From contig JAHJRX010000045.1 of NCBI GenBank assembly GCA_018830565.1, positions 10,626-74,625 of the forward strand: DNA of 64,000 bases. Direction: 5' to 3'. Positions 40,000-49,917 of this stretch are shown here, piece after piece (position 1 is the first letter of the stretch; the number at the start of each line of letters is the position of its first letter). A program made the translations under genes and the position numbers. Source of the stretch: a bacterium (GTDB taxonomy: Bacteria; UBA9089; JAHJRX01). Under the pieces are notes generated by a model. That model made no database searches. It was not told the origin of the DNA and worked only from the letters and a program-made list of their open reading frames with translations.

Positions 40000-40320
40000 G
40001 TGAAGGATAAAAAAATAGTTTATGATTACTCTATTTGTTCTGGGTGTTTAGCTTGTATGGTTAATTGTTCCCAGTTTCAAGAAAGCCATGCTTCTTTAGT
40101 TAGTGCCCGAATAAAGATAGAGCTTGAACCTTTCAGGGGGCAATATTTAGCTTATTTTTGTCAGCAATGCCATATTACCCACTTAGAGGAAATAGAGGTT
40201 CAATATCTGGCCGTTTCAAGAAGAAGAGGACAACAACTTAAAGACCCAAATCTAATTGACAGATGGGTCCAGGATGGCTCTAAGGATTATATATCTTCAT
40301 TAACCGATTGGGCAGGATAA
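40000..40320 (+). CDS. small ferredoxin-like protein with one complete 4Fe-4S motif (CSGCLACMVNC) and a degenerate second motif (CQQCH)
   Basis: CxxCxxCxxxC motif; ORF is 12 nt downstream of the previous gene. Confidence 0.4.
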   Translation: MKDKKIVYDYSICSGCLACMVNCSQFQESHASLVSARIKIELEPFRGQYLAYFCQQCHITHLEEIEVQYLAVSRRRGQQLKDPNLIDRWVQDGSKDYISSLTDWAG

Positions 40321-40532
40321 TTTTAAAATCATTAAAATTTTGGCATAAATATTGCTAAAGATTTTTTAAGATTAACCGATATATAAGGTAGAACGATAAG
40401 TTAAAAGAAAAGTAATGATGAATCCTCCCTAAAATCATTACTTGAAAAAACATATCGATCGGAAATTAAAGTTCTCATTTAAGGCGGTTTTTTTAAAGTA
40501 ATTCTCATATCAAACAATTTCTCATATCAAAA

Positions 40533-40579
40533 GCTAAGTAAGTAGAGCTACCTATTTACTTAGCTATTTTTTTGGTTCT
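40533..40579 (+). terminator. rho-independent terminator closing the pse/maf transcription unit
   Basis: About 12-bp imperfect stem GCTAAGTAAGTAG/CTATTTACTTAGC followed by TATTTTTTT. Confidence 0.5.
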
Positions 40580-40997
40580 TTCTTATCGGATTCAAATATC
40601 CGCAATGTTGATGAATTTTTAGTTTAAAGTAATGAATGTCTTTATATCTATAAGCCATTCGTTTAAGCTGTTATCTTATTATTAAACCCCTCCGAGATAG
40701 CCGAGCTAATCTTCTTGTTAAACCAATTTAAGATATACTGAGTTCAAGATATACTGAGCTTTTTCTGCCATGATTTTCCTGCCATGCTATATATATATAA
40801 TATAAAAAATATAAGGTGTGATTAAAAAGGCTGGATTAGAATCAAATTTGTAAAATCTTATAATATTCTTATAATATAATGAGAATTGCTGCCAGTAGGA
40901 ATTTTCCTATTGACAAAATAAATTAGGTAATATAAACTAAAAAGACTTGATAAAAAGAGGGGGCTTTACTCTTTAATTCTTATGGGATGTTTTATTT

Positions 40998-41453
40998 ATG
41001 CAATCTATCATAGATAAGGTTAGAGAAGTAATTATTCCTCACCAAGAAGAGTTAAACATAAACTTATTCGATATTAAATGTGTTAGGTTAAAAAAAAGCT
41101 GGTTAATAAGAATATTTATTGACAGTGAGAATGGCGTAACGGTAGATAAATGTGAGGAGATTAGCCATTTTATAGGAAGTCGGCTGGATAATTTTATGGA
41201 GGGAAAATATCGGTTAGAGGTTTCTTCTCCTGGAATTGAAAGACCCTTGCGAAATAAGGAAGATTATCAAAGATATAAAGGTCATTTAGCCGAGATAAAA
41301 ATAAGCAGCCAAGACTTAAAAAAGAGCTATCTAGGTTATATAAAAGATTTAAAGGATGATATTTTGACTTTACAAGTTAAAGATACCTCAGAATTAATAC
41401 AAATTCCTTGTCAAGAAATAATCAAGGCTAAACTAAGGCTTGAATTAAAATAA
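40998..41453 (+). CDS. rimP: ribosome maturation factor RimP
   Basis: Position before nusA; RimP N- and C-domain pattern. Confidence 0.75.
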   Translation: MQSIIDKVREVIIPHQEELNINLFDIKCVRLKKSWLIRIFIDSENGVTVDKCEEISHFIGSRLDNFMEGKYRLEVSSPGIERPLRNKEDYQRYKGHLAEIKISSQDLKKSYLGYIKDLKDDILTLQVKDTSELIQIPCQEIIKAKLRLELK

Positions 41454-41475
41454 TTAGAAATTTTAAGGAAAATTT

Positions 41476-42771
41476 ATGAAGATAGAACTCTACAATATTT
41501 TATCTCAAATTGAAAGTGAAAAAGGTATAAAGAAGCAATCTTTAGTAGGAACCATTGAAGATGCTTTAATGTCAGCTTATAAAAAAGACTATGGCGTTAA
41601 TGCTAATGTTAAGGTTAGTGTAAATATCAGCACAGAAGAGATAAAGATTCTTATTAAGAAAAAGGTAGTAGAAGAAGTAAAGAGTTCTTCTTTAGAGATA
41701 AGCATAGAAGAAGCCAAAAGAATAAATTCTCAGATAAAAATAGGAGAAGAAATAGAGATTGAAAATGAAATCAAAGATTTTGGTCGTATTGCTGCTCAAA
41801 CAGCTAAGCAAGTTATTACTCAAAGAATTCGAGAGGCAGAAAAAGAGATTATTTACACAAAATTTAGAGAAAAGATTGGAGATGTAATTACTGGTTCTGT
41901 TCAAACTATAGCCAAAGGAAATATCTATGTAAATTTAGGTAACATAGAAGGTATTTTATCTTCAAAAGAACAAATTCCTACAGAAGAATATGGAATAGGA
42001 GATAGAATTAAGAGTTATATTTCCGATGTCAAAATGGGTTTCAAGGGAACGTATGTTACCTTATCTCGAACTCATCCAAATTTAATTAAAAAATTATTCG
42101 AATTAGAGATTCCAGAAATTTATGAAAAAATAGTAGAAATAAAGTCGATAGCGAGGGATCCCGGTTTTCGTTCTAAGATTGCTGTAGTTTCTAATGATAG
42201 CTCTATTGACCCCGTAGGTACTTGTGTTGGGGTAAGAGGAACTCGGATTAATACTATTATTCAGGAACTTAATGAAGAAAAGATTGATGTAATTCTTTAT
42301 AATTCCGATCCAGTTGTTTTTATCAAAAATGCTTTAGGTCCAGTCAAAGTCACTAGTGTTACTATTAACAAAGAAGAGAAGCAAGCAAAGGTTATTATCC
42401 CCAATAACCAGCTTTCTTTGGCTATTGGAAAAAATGGACGAAATGTTAAGCTTGCCGCTAAATTAACTGGCTGGCGTATTGACATTCAAGGGGAAGAAAA
42501 ATTGAAAGAAGAATTGAAAGAAGAAACAACAAAAAAATTAGAAGCGATGACTGCTGGGACTAAAATAGAAAAAGTAGAAGAAACAGTAGAAGAAATTCCT
42601 CTTGATCTTCCAGGAGTAAGTAAGGTTATTGTTCAAAGATTAATAGAAGTTGGGTATAAAGATGGAGAAAGCATTTTAAAAGCTTCGGTAGAGGAATTAA
42701 CTAAGCTAAAAGGCGTAGGAAAGAATATTGCTGAAGTAATAAAAGTCTCTGCAAAGAGTATTAGTAAGTAG
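41476..42771 (+). CDS. nusA: transcription termination/antitermination factor NusA
   Basis: S1 and KH domains plus C-terminal HhH repeats; conserved operon. Confidence 0.9.
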   Translation: MKIELYNILSQIESEKGIKKQSLVGTIEDALMSAYKKDYGVNANVKVSVNISTEEIKILIKKKVVEEVKSSSLEISIEEAKRINSQIKIGEEIEIENEIKDFGRIAAQTAKQVITQRIREAEKEIIYTKFREKIGDVITGSVQTIAKGNIYVNLGNIEGILSSKEQIPTEEYGIGDRIKSYISDVKMGFKGTYVTLSRTHPNLIKKLFELEIPEIYEKIVEIKSIARDPGFRSKIAVVSNDSSIDPVGTCVGVRGTRINTIIQELNEEKIDVILYNSDPVVFIKNALGPVKVTSVTINKEEKQAKVIIPNNQLSLAIGKNGRNVKLAAKLTGWRIDIQGEEKLKEELKEETTKKLEAMTAGTKIEKVEETVEEIPLDLPGVSKVIVQRLIEVGYKDGESILKASVEELTKLKGVGKNIAEVIKVSAKSISK

Positions 42772-42783
42772 GTAAAGAGAGTA

Positions 42784-44799
42784 ATGCGTATTCATGAGTT
42801 AGCCAAAATATTAAATGTTTCTAGTAAAGAGCTTATCAAAGAGTTAACTTCTTTTGGTATTAAAGCTGCTTCTCATGTAAGCTCTATTGATAATGACACC
42901 ACGACGAAAATTATTAATCTTCATAAAAAGCTTGTTCCAGAGAAAAAAACTCCCTTACCTCTTAAAGAGGAAGAAGAACCTCTTATTAAAGAAGAACCTC
43001 TTATTAAAGAAATAAAAGAAGAAATAAAAGAAATAGAAAAGATTTCAAAAAAGCTTCATATCTTAAAGATTCCTGAATCTCTTACTATTGGAGAATTATC
43101 TGGCCATCTTCAAAAACCAGTTAATGAAGTTATTAAGATTTTAATCCAAAATGGAAAAGTATGCACTATAAATAATTATTACGATCAAGACATTTTAGAT
43201 ACTTTAGCCTTACACTATGACCTTGAATTTAAAATTATTACCGAAGAAGAGATCCTACTAAAGGAAGAAGTGGAAGATGAAGGCCAACTTGTTCCTCGAC
43301 CTCCTATTATTACCATTATGGGGCATGTAGATCATGGTAAAACATTGCTTTTAGATGCTATTCGAGCTTCTAGCGTCGCTTCTAAAGAAGCAGGAGGAAT
43401 TACTCAACACATTGGAGCTTATAAGGTTAAATTAGATAAGGGAGAAGTTGTATTTTTAGATACACCTGGGCATGAAGCTTTTACAGCAATGAGAGCTCGA
43501 GGTGCCTCAGTGACAGATATTGTAGTCTTAGTTGTAGCTGCTGATGATGGAGTAATGCCTCAAACGGTAGAAGCAATCAACCATGCTAAAGCAGCTAATG
43601 TTTCTATTGTGGTAGCTATTAATAAGATAGATTTACCTAATGCTAACTTAAATAAGGTAAAACAACAACTAGCCGAATATGATTTAGTTCCAGAAGAATG
43701 GGGAGGAAAGACTATTTTTGTAGAAGTTTCAGCTAAAAAGCAGCTAGGCTTAAAGAACATCTTGGAAATGTTGCTTTTAGAAGCAGAAATATTAGAGCTA
43801 AAAGCTAATCCTAATCAAAAAGCTAAAGGCACAGTAATTGAGGCTCATTTAAATAAATCTAAAGGACCAGTAGCTACTTTTTTAGTTCAAAAAGGAAGTT
43901 TGAAGATTGGAGATTTCTTTGTCGTAGGCCAATATTATGGAAGAGTAAGAGGAATGTTTAGTGATGCTGGAGCATGGATTAAGAAGGCCCTTCCTTCCAC
44001 TCCGGTGGAAGTTTTAGGACTTTCTGGTCTTCCTTTGGCGGGTGATTATTTTTTTGTTACAGAAAATGAGCGAGAAGCTCGACAAATGAGCTTAAAAAGG
44101 CAAGAAGCTTTAAAAAAGAAGAAAGAAGTAAGTTCAAAGAAAATAACCTTGGAGAACTTATTTGATCAAATTAAGCAAGGAAAAATTAAAGAACTTAATA
44201 TTGTCTTAAAAGCTGATGTTCAAGGTTCCGTAGAAGCAATTAGAGATTCCTTAACTAAATTAGAGACTGAAAAAGTAAAGATTAAGATTATTCATCAAGG
44301 AACTGGTGGAATTAATGAGTCAGATGTTTTATTAGCCCAAACCTCCCATGCGATCATTATAGGATTTAATGTTCGCCCTAATGCTAATGCAGCTAAAATA
44401 GCTTCTCATCAAGATATTAATATTAGAACTTATAGAATTATTTATGAGGTAATTTCTGATATCAAGAAAGCTTTAGAGGGACTATTAGAGCCAGAATATA
44501 AAGAAAATACCCTTGGTATAGCAGAAGCTAGAGATCTTTTTAAAACCCCTAAAATAGGAGTAATTGTTGGTTGTTATGTGCGAGAAGGAAAAGTTACTCG
44601 GAGTGCAAGTTTGCGAGTAGTAAGAGAAGGAATAGTAGTCTACGAAGGAAAGATTGCTTCTCTTCGTCGATTTAAAGATGATGCCTCGGAAGTAGCAGCT
44701 GGATTTGAATGTGGTCTTAAAATTGAAAATTTTGATGATGTAAAGATAGGTGATATTTTAGAAGTATATGTCTTAGAAAGGATACCAGCTAAACTTTAA
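42784..44799 (+). CDS. infB: translation initiation factor IF-2
   Basis: G-domain motifs [13 protein letters not shown] and NKID; IF-2 C-terminal domains. Confidence 0.9.
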   Translation: MRIHELAKILNVSSKELIKELTSFGIKAASHVSSIDNDTTTKIINLHKKLVPEKKTPLPLKEEEEPLIKEEPLIKEIKEEIKEIEKISKKLHILKIPESLTIGELSGHLQKPVNEVIKILIQNGKVCTINNYYDQDILDTLALHYDLEFKIITEEEILLKEEVEDEGQLVPRPPIITIMGHVDHGKTLLLDAIRASSVASKEAGGITQHIGAYKVKLDKGEVVFLDTPGHEAFTAMRARGASVTDIVVLVVAADDGVMPQTVEAINHAKAANVSIVVAINKIDLPNANLNKVKQQLAEYDLVPEEWGGKTIFVEVSAKKQLGLKNILEMLLLEAEILELKANPNQKAKGTVIEAHLNKSKGPVATFLVQKGSLKIGDFFVVGQYYGRVRGMFSDAGAWIKKALPSTPVEVLGLSGLPLAGDYFFVTENEREARQMSLKRQEALKKKKEVSSKKITLENLFDQIKQGKIKELNIVLKADVQGSVEAIRDSLTKLETEKVKIKIIHQGTGGINESDVLLAQTSHAIIIGFNVRPNANAAKIASHQDINIRTYRIIYEVISDIKKALEGLLEPEYKENTLGIAEARDLFKTPKIGVIVGCYVREGKVTRSASLRVVREGIVVYEGKIASLRRFKDDASEVAAGFECGLKIENFDDVKIGDILEVYVLERIPAKL

Positions 44800-44975
44800 A
44801 ATTTAATTTAAAAATCATTAACATTAAAGATAAAAAGCTAAGATAAAAAGTTAAGATAAAATTTTATTTCTGATTCTTACCTCTATTCTTACCTCTATTC
44901 ATTAATTTTCCCCTAATAACTATGGTTACAAGTACTTGGATCGCTAAACTTCATCTCCCATCAAAAGAGTAGTTA

Positions 44976-45338
44976 ATGACTATGAGCCATAATCTTCAAA
45001 GACATTTAAGAGTAGCAGAACTTATCAAAGAAGAGATTAGCACTTTAATTGTTACTAAAAAGATAAAGGATCCTCGAATTGGCTTTGCTACAGTCACCAA
45101 GGTAAAACTTTCTAAAGACTTAAAAAATTGCGATGTCTTTATAAGTATTTATGGAAATGAAGAAGAGATAAAAAGGACTTTAGAAGGACTATCTCAAGCT
45201 AAGGGATTTATTAAGGGTCAAATAGCTAAAAATCTTAACCTCAGATGTATTCCTTTCATCAACTTTAAACATGATTTATCTATAGAATACAGTGATCATA
45301 TTCTAAAGATTATCGAGGGGCTGAATATTCCTAAATGA
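44976..45338 (+). CDS. rbfA: ribosome-binding factor A
   Basis: KH-like RbfA fold motif; conserved position after infB. Confidence 0.8.
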   Translation: MTMSHNLQRHLRVAELIKEEISTLIVTKKIKDPRIGFATVTKVKLSKDLKNCDVFISIYGNEEEIKRTLEGLSQAKGFIKGQIAKNLNLRCIPFINFKHDLSIEYSDHILKIIEGLNIPK

Positions 45339-45571
45339 ATACTTCCGAAAGAGAGATAGATGGAGTACTAATAGATTGATGGTCTAAATATTCCTAAAGG
45401 AGTATATTCCTAAATGAATACTTCCAAAAGAGAGATAGATGGAGTACTAATAGATTGATGGTCTAAATATTCCTAAAGGAGTATATTCATAAATGAATAC
45501 TTCCAAAAGAGAGATAGATGGAGTACTAATAGATTGATGGTCTAAATATTCCTAAAGGAGTATATTCCTAA
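45335..45571 (+). repeat. 79-bp tandem repeat x3, duplicating the rbfA stop/truB start junction (each unit carries an RBS, an ATG and a 14-codon mini-ORF)
   Basis: Units start at 45335, 45414 and 45493, about 97% identical; the genuine truB start at 45572 repeats the first 37 nt of each unit. Confidence 0.85.
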
Positions 45572-46306
45572 ATGAATACTTCCGAAAGAGAGATAGATGG
45601 AGTACTAAATATTTATAAGTCTCAAAATTTGACCTCTCATGATGTTATCGTAAAATTAAGAAGACTCATCAAGATAAGAAAAATTGGACATACCGGAACT
45701 TTAGACCCTCAAGCTACTGGTGTCCTTTTAATTTGCCTCGGTCAAGCTACTAAACTTTCAAGTTGGTTATCTTCTAAAGGGAAAGAATATATTGCTGGAA
45801 TGAAGATAGGGGTTGTTACTGATACCCAGGATATTTGGGGAAGCATTCTTAGTAAAAAAGAACCAGTTAATTTAAAAGAAGAGCAAATAAAAGAAGCATT
45901 TTTACGTTTTACTGGAGAAATAACTCAGGTTCCTCCTATGTATTCTGCCGTTAAGTGGAAAGGAAAAAAGTTATATCAATTGGCCAGGAAGGGGTATATA
46001 GTAGAAAGAGTTCCGCGTAAAGTAATGATAAGCTCTTTAGAATTAATAAGCTATCAAGAAGATTCCTATCCAGAGGTAGTATTTAAAGTAAGTTGCTCTA
46101 CTGGAACTTATATTAGGACTTTATGTGAAGATATAGGTAACTATTTAGGATATGGAGGATGTTTGTCTTCTCTTGTCAGAACTAGGATTGATTCATTTCT
46201 TCTTGAAGACACCCTCACTTTAGAAAAACTTACTAAAATCATAGAAAATGACCTTCTTTTTAATTACTTAATACCCATAGAAAAAGTGTTAAATGGCTTC
46301 TCATGA
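45572..46306 (+). CDS. truB: tRNA pseudouridine(55) synthase
   Basis: GHTGTLDPQATGVLLI catalytic motif. Confidence 0.85.
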   Translation: MNTSEREIDGVLNIYKSQNLTSHDVIVKLRRLIKIRKIGHTGTLDPQATGVLLICLGQATKLSSWLSSKGKEYIAGMKIGVVTDTQDIWGSILSKKEPVNLKEEQIKEAFLRFTGEITQVPPMYSAVKWKGKKLYQLARKGYIVERVPRKVMISSLELISYQEDSYPEVVFKVSCSTGTYIRTLCEDIGNYLGYGGCLSSLVRTRIDSFLLEDTLTLEKLTKIIENDLLFNYLIPIEKVLNGFS

Positions 46307-47265
46307 GCTTCATAAAAGATATCTTTAATTTTAATTCTAAACTACTTAAAAAGCGTGGATCTATAGTAACTATAGGGGTTTTTGATGGAGTTCATCGAGG
46401 ACATCAAGAAATTATTAAAAGAGTAGCTGCTGAAGGAAATTTTAAAGGTCTAATAAGTCTAGTGATAACTTTTTATCCTCATCCTCTTCAAGTAATCTCT
46501 AAAAATTCTCCTTTATTAATTTATAACTTAGAAAAAAGAATCAAGCTTATAAAAAAATTAGGCATAAAAAAGGTCTTAGTTATTAACTTTAATCCAGTAA
46601 TAGCTACTTTATCTCCAGAAGACTTTGTCAGTCAAATTTTAATTGATAAGCTTAATATGAAGAAGATATGGGTAGGAACAGATCATACTTTTGGAATTAA
46701 GAAGGGGGGGGATTTTAGTTTACTAAAAGAGATAAGTCAAAAATATAGCTTTGAAGTAGAAAGCATTTCTCCTTTGAAGATTGATAAAGAGGTGGTTTGT
46801 AGTAGTGTCATTAGAAAATCTATAAGCGAAGGAGAAATCAAAAAAGCTAATAAGCTCTTAAATCACATCTATCGAATTACTGGAAAAGTAGCAGCAGGTA
46901 GTAAAAGAGGAGCAAAGATGGGTTATCCTACCGCTAATCTTTTATTAGAAAAAGAGTTTGTCATACCTTCTCAAGGAGAATATGCTACTTTTGTAAAATA
47001 TAAGAATAAATATTATCAAAGTTTTACTAATATAGGTATTCGTCCTACTTTTAAAGAACAAAACTTAATCTTAGAAACTCACTTATTTAACTTTTCTAAA
47101 GATATTTACCAAGAGACTATCACGGTGTATTTTATAGAAAAGATCCGTCCAGAGTTTTGTTTTCCTAATGGCCAAGAGTTAATTAAACAAATAGAGAAAG
47201 ACAAGATTTTAGTAAGTGAGATTTTAAATAGAGATGATTACCTATCTTTAATGAAAAAAATTTAA
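46303..47265 (+). CDS. ribF: bifunctional riboflavin kinase / FMN adenylyltransferase
   Basis: GVFDGVHRGHQ FAD-synthetase motif; C-terminal riboflavin kinase domain. Confidence 0.85.
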   Translation: MSFIKDIFNFNSKLLKKRGSIVTIGVFDGVHRGHQEIIKRVAAEGNFKGLISLVITFYPHPLQVISKNSPLLIYNLEKRIKLIKKLGIKKVLVINFNPVIATLSPEDFVSQILIDKLNMKKIWVGTDHTFGIKKGGDFSLLKEISQKYSFEVESISPLKIDKEVVCSSVIRKSISEGEIKKANKLLNHIYRITGKVAAGSKRGAKMGYPTANLLLEKEFVIPSQGEYATFVKYKNKYYQSFTNIGIRPTFKEQNLILETHLFNFSKDIYQETITVYFIEKIRPEFCFPNGQELIKQIEKDKILVSEILNRDDYLSLMKKI

Positions 47266-47444
47266 TCTTTTAGTCTTATCTTGCAAGCACTCAAGTATCA
47301 GCTTACTTATATTTGATTTTAGCTAAAGAAAAGAAAGAATAAGGTTTTTATTTACAAGTACACTTATTTGTGTTAAAATAACTTAAATTTAAAAGGTTTT
47401 TAGTTTTATGAGTTATGAGCTTTTTATAAAAAAAAGGAGGAATT

Positions 47445-47714
47445 ATGGTCTTAGCTTTAGAAGATAAGAAAAACATTATTGAAAAATTTAAGCAACATGA
47501 AAGCGACACTGGTTCACCAGAAGTTCAAATTGCTATACTTAGTGCTCGCATTAGTTATTTAACGGAACATTTTAAAGTTTATCCTAAAGACCATCATTCT
47601 CGAAGAGGATTACTTAAGCTTGTTTCTCAAAGGAGAAGTCTTTTGGATTATTTAAAGAAGAAAGATAGTAATCGTTATCTTGTTCTTATCAAGAAACTAA
47701 ATATACGAAAGTAA
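47445..47714 (+). CDS. rpsO: 30S ribosomal protein S15
   Basis: 89 aa; GSPEVQIA and HHSRRGLL motifs; precedes pnp. Confidence 0.9.
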   Translation: MVLALEDKKNIIEKFKQHESDTGSPEVQIAILSARISYLTEHFKVYPKDHHSRRGLLKLVSQRRSLLDYLKKKDSNRYLVLIKKLNIRK

Positions 47715-47822
47715 AAGAAAGATAGGAATCGTTATTCTTTATCAAGAAACTAAATATACGAAAGTAAAAGAAAGATAGGAATCGTTATTCTTTATCAAGA
47801 AACTAAATATACGAAAACAAAA
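47659..47822 (+). repeat. tandem repeat of about 53 bp x3, derived from the rpsO 3' end, in the rpsO-pnp intergenic region
   Basis: Native rpsO tail (58 bp) followed by two near-identical 53-bp copies starting at 47717 and 47770. Confidence 0.8.
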
Positions 47823-47835
47823 GAAAGGATTTTAC

Positions 47836-49917
47836 ATGTTTAGCACACAACAAGAAATTGCAGGTAGAGTTTTATCTATAGAGACAGGGAATTTGGCTAA
47901 CCAAGCCAATGGCGCAGTGGTAATAAGATATGGAGATACTGTCATTATGGTGGCAGCAGTAGCCTCTAAAGAGGCAAAAAAAGATCTAGACTTTTTTCCC
48001 TTAATTTGCGAACACAAAGAAAGAACATATGCTGCTGGAAAATTCCCAGGTGGTTTTATAAAGAGAGAAGGACGCTCTACAGAGAAGGAAATATTAACTT
48101 CTCGGTTGATCGATCGTCCTTTACGGCCTCTTTTTAATAAGGATTTTCGAAATGAGGTAGCGATTACCTCGACTGTGTTTTCCTATGACGGGGAAAATAG
48201 TTCTGATATTATCTCGATAATTGGTGCTTCAGCAGCCTTAATTATTTCAGATATTCCATTTGACAAACCTATTGGCGTGGTTCGTATTGGAAGGATAAAT
48301 GATAAATTTATTGTTAACCCAACCCTTAAGGAACAAAAAGAAAGTTCTTTAGATTTAGTTATTGCCGGAACTAACTCTTCTATAATGATGATTGAATGTG
48401 GAGCTTCTGAGGTTTCAGAAAGATTAATTTTAGAAGCTCTTGAATTTAGTCAGGAACATATAAGAAGGATAATAAAACTACAAGAAGATTTATATCAACA
48501 ATACCATAAAGAAAAATTGATTTTTGAAAATTTTACTGTGAATAAACAATTAAAGAATTTAGTCAGTGAATTTATAGAGCCAAAGGTGAGAAATATAAAT
48601 TTTGGACTGACTAAGCAAGAATGGCAAAAACAAATGGAGAGTGTTGAAAAAGAGACGATAGAAAGATTTAAAGATCAATTTCCAGGAAAAGAGGGTGAAA
48701 TTAAAGCAGTTATAGAAGAAAATGAGAAAGTGGTGATTCGGGAACGAATTATTAAAGAAGAGAAAAGGCCTGATGGTCGAGATCCTAAAGCTATTCGTTC
48801 TATTACTTGCCAGGTAGGTATCTTACCTCGAACTCATGGTTCTGGATTATTTACTCGAGGTCAAACTCAAGCTTTAGTAGTTACTACTTTAGGAACAGAA
48901 GAAGATGAACAAATCGTTGATAGCCTTGAAGGCAAAAATAGAAAGAAATTTATGTTACACTATAATTTTCCCTCTTATAGCATAGGCGAAACTAAGCCTG
49001 ATCGTGGTCCTGGAAGACGAGAAATAGGTCATGGAGCTTTAGCCGAAAGAGCTCTTTCTCCTCTTATTCCTAATGGAGAGGTCTTTCCTTATACTATTAG
49101 AGTAGTTTCAGATATTTTAGAATCTAATGGTTCTACCTCTATGGCCAGTGTCTGCGGAGGTACTTTATCCTTGATGGATGCGGGAGTTCCTATCCAAAGG
49201 CCTTGCTCTGGAATTGCCATGGGACTTATTGCCAGCCAAGAAAAGATTATTATTTTGAGCGACATTACCGGGTTAGAAGACCAGATTGGTGATATGGATT
49301 TTAAAGTAGCCGGGACAAGCGAAGGAATTACTGCTTTACAATTAGACGTTAAGGTAGAAGGCTTAAGTGTAGAAATGCTTAAGGGAGCTTTACACCAAGC
49401 TTATGAAGGACGACTCTTTATTTTAGGGGAGATGAATAAAAGCATTCAAAAGTCTGCCGAGAAAATTTCTATTTATGCTCCTCGGATTATTAAGATAGGA
49501 ATAAATCCTGATAAAATTAGAGATGTCATTGGTCCTGGAGGAAAAATTATTCGAAATATTATTGAGCTTACTGGAGCTAAGATTGATATTAAAGATAAAG
49601 GAGAAGTTTCTATTTCTTCTTGCGATGAAGAAAAAGCTAATCAAGCTTTAGAAATGATTAATTGTTTAATAGCTGAAGTAGAGGTAGGAAAAATTTATCA
49701 AGGAAAAGTAATCAGGATAACAAATTTTGGAGCTTTTGTAGAGGTGTTACCAGGAAAAGAAGGATTGGTTCACATTTCTCAATTAGCTAACTACCATGTT
49801 AGAAAAGTAGAGGATATTTTAAAAGAAGGCGATAAAGTCTTAGTAAAAGTAATGGAGATTGATGAACAAGGTCGAATTAATTTAAGTCGTAAAGCTGCTT
49901 TAACGGACAAAGGTTAG
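47836..49917 (+). CDS. pnp: polyribonucleotide nucleotidyltransferase (PNPase)
   Basis: Two RNase PH domains, KH and S1 domains. Confidence 0.9.
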   Translation: MFSTQQEIAGRVLSIETGNLANQANGAVVIRYGDTVIMVAAVASKEAKKDLDFFPLICEHKERTYAAGKFPGGFIKREGRSTEKEILTSRLIDRPLRPLFNKDFRNEVAITSTVFSYDGENSSDIISIIGASAALIISDIPFDKPIGVVRIGRINDKFIVNPTLKEQKESSLDLVIAGTNSSIMMIECGASEVSERLILEALEFSQEHIRRIIKLQEDLYQQYHKEKLIFENFTVNKQLKNLVSEFIEPKVRNINFGLTKQEWQKQMESVEKETIERFKDQFPGKEGEIKAVIEENEKVVIRERIIKEEKRPDGRDPKAIRSITCQVGILPRTHGSGLFTRGQTQALVVTTLGTEEDEQIVDSLEGKNRKKFMLHYNFPSYSIGETKPDRGPGRREIGHGALAERALSPLIPNGEVFPYTIRVVSDILESNGSTSMASVCGGTLSLMDAGVPIQRPCSGIAMGLIASQEKIIILSDITGLEDQIGDMDFKVAGTSEGITALQLDVKVEGLSVEMLKGALHQAYEGRLFILGEMNKSIQKSAEKISIYAPRIIKIGINPDKIRDVIGPGGKIIRNIIELTGAKIDIKDKGEVSISSCDEEKANQALEMINCLIAEVEVGKIYQGKVIRITNFGAFVEVLPGKEGLVHISQLANYHVRKVEDILKEGDKVLVKVMEIDEQGRINLSRKAALTDKG

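Noticed and set aside
40876-40891. Identical 16-mer ATAATGAGAATTGCTG upstream of rimP and again at 53212-53227 upstream of uppP (partial at 8143)
   Set aside because: A single 16-mer coincidence in 64 kb of AT-rich DNA is not clearly above chance. It is kept only as a note for genome-wide motif counting.
42961-43030. In-frame tandem repeat (EEPLIKE x2, IKEE repeats) in the infB N-terminal linker
   Set aside because: This is low-complexity linker variation common in IF-2 N-domains, with no frameshift.
45335-45571. Possible CRISPR array (regular repeats)
   Set aside because: The units are directly tandem with no unique spacers and are copies of adjacent coding sequence. The same holds for 47659-47822 and 56931-57068. 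No cas genes are present.
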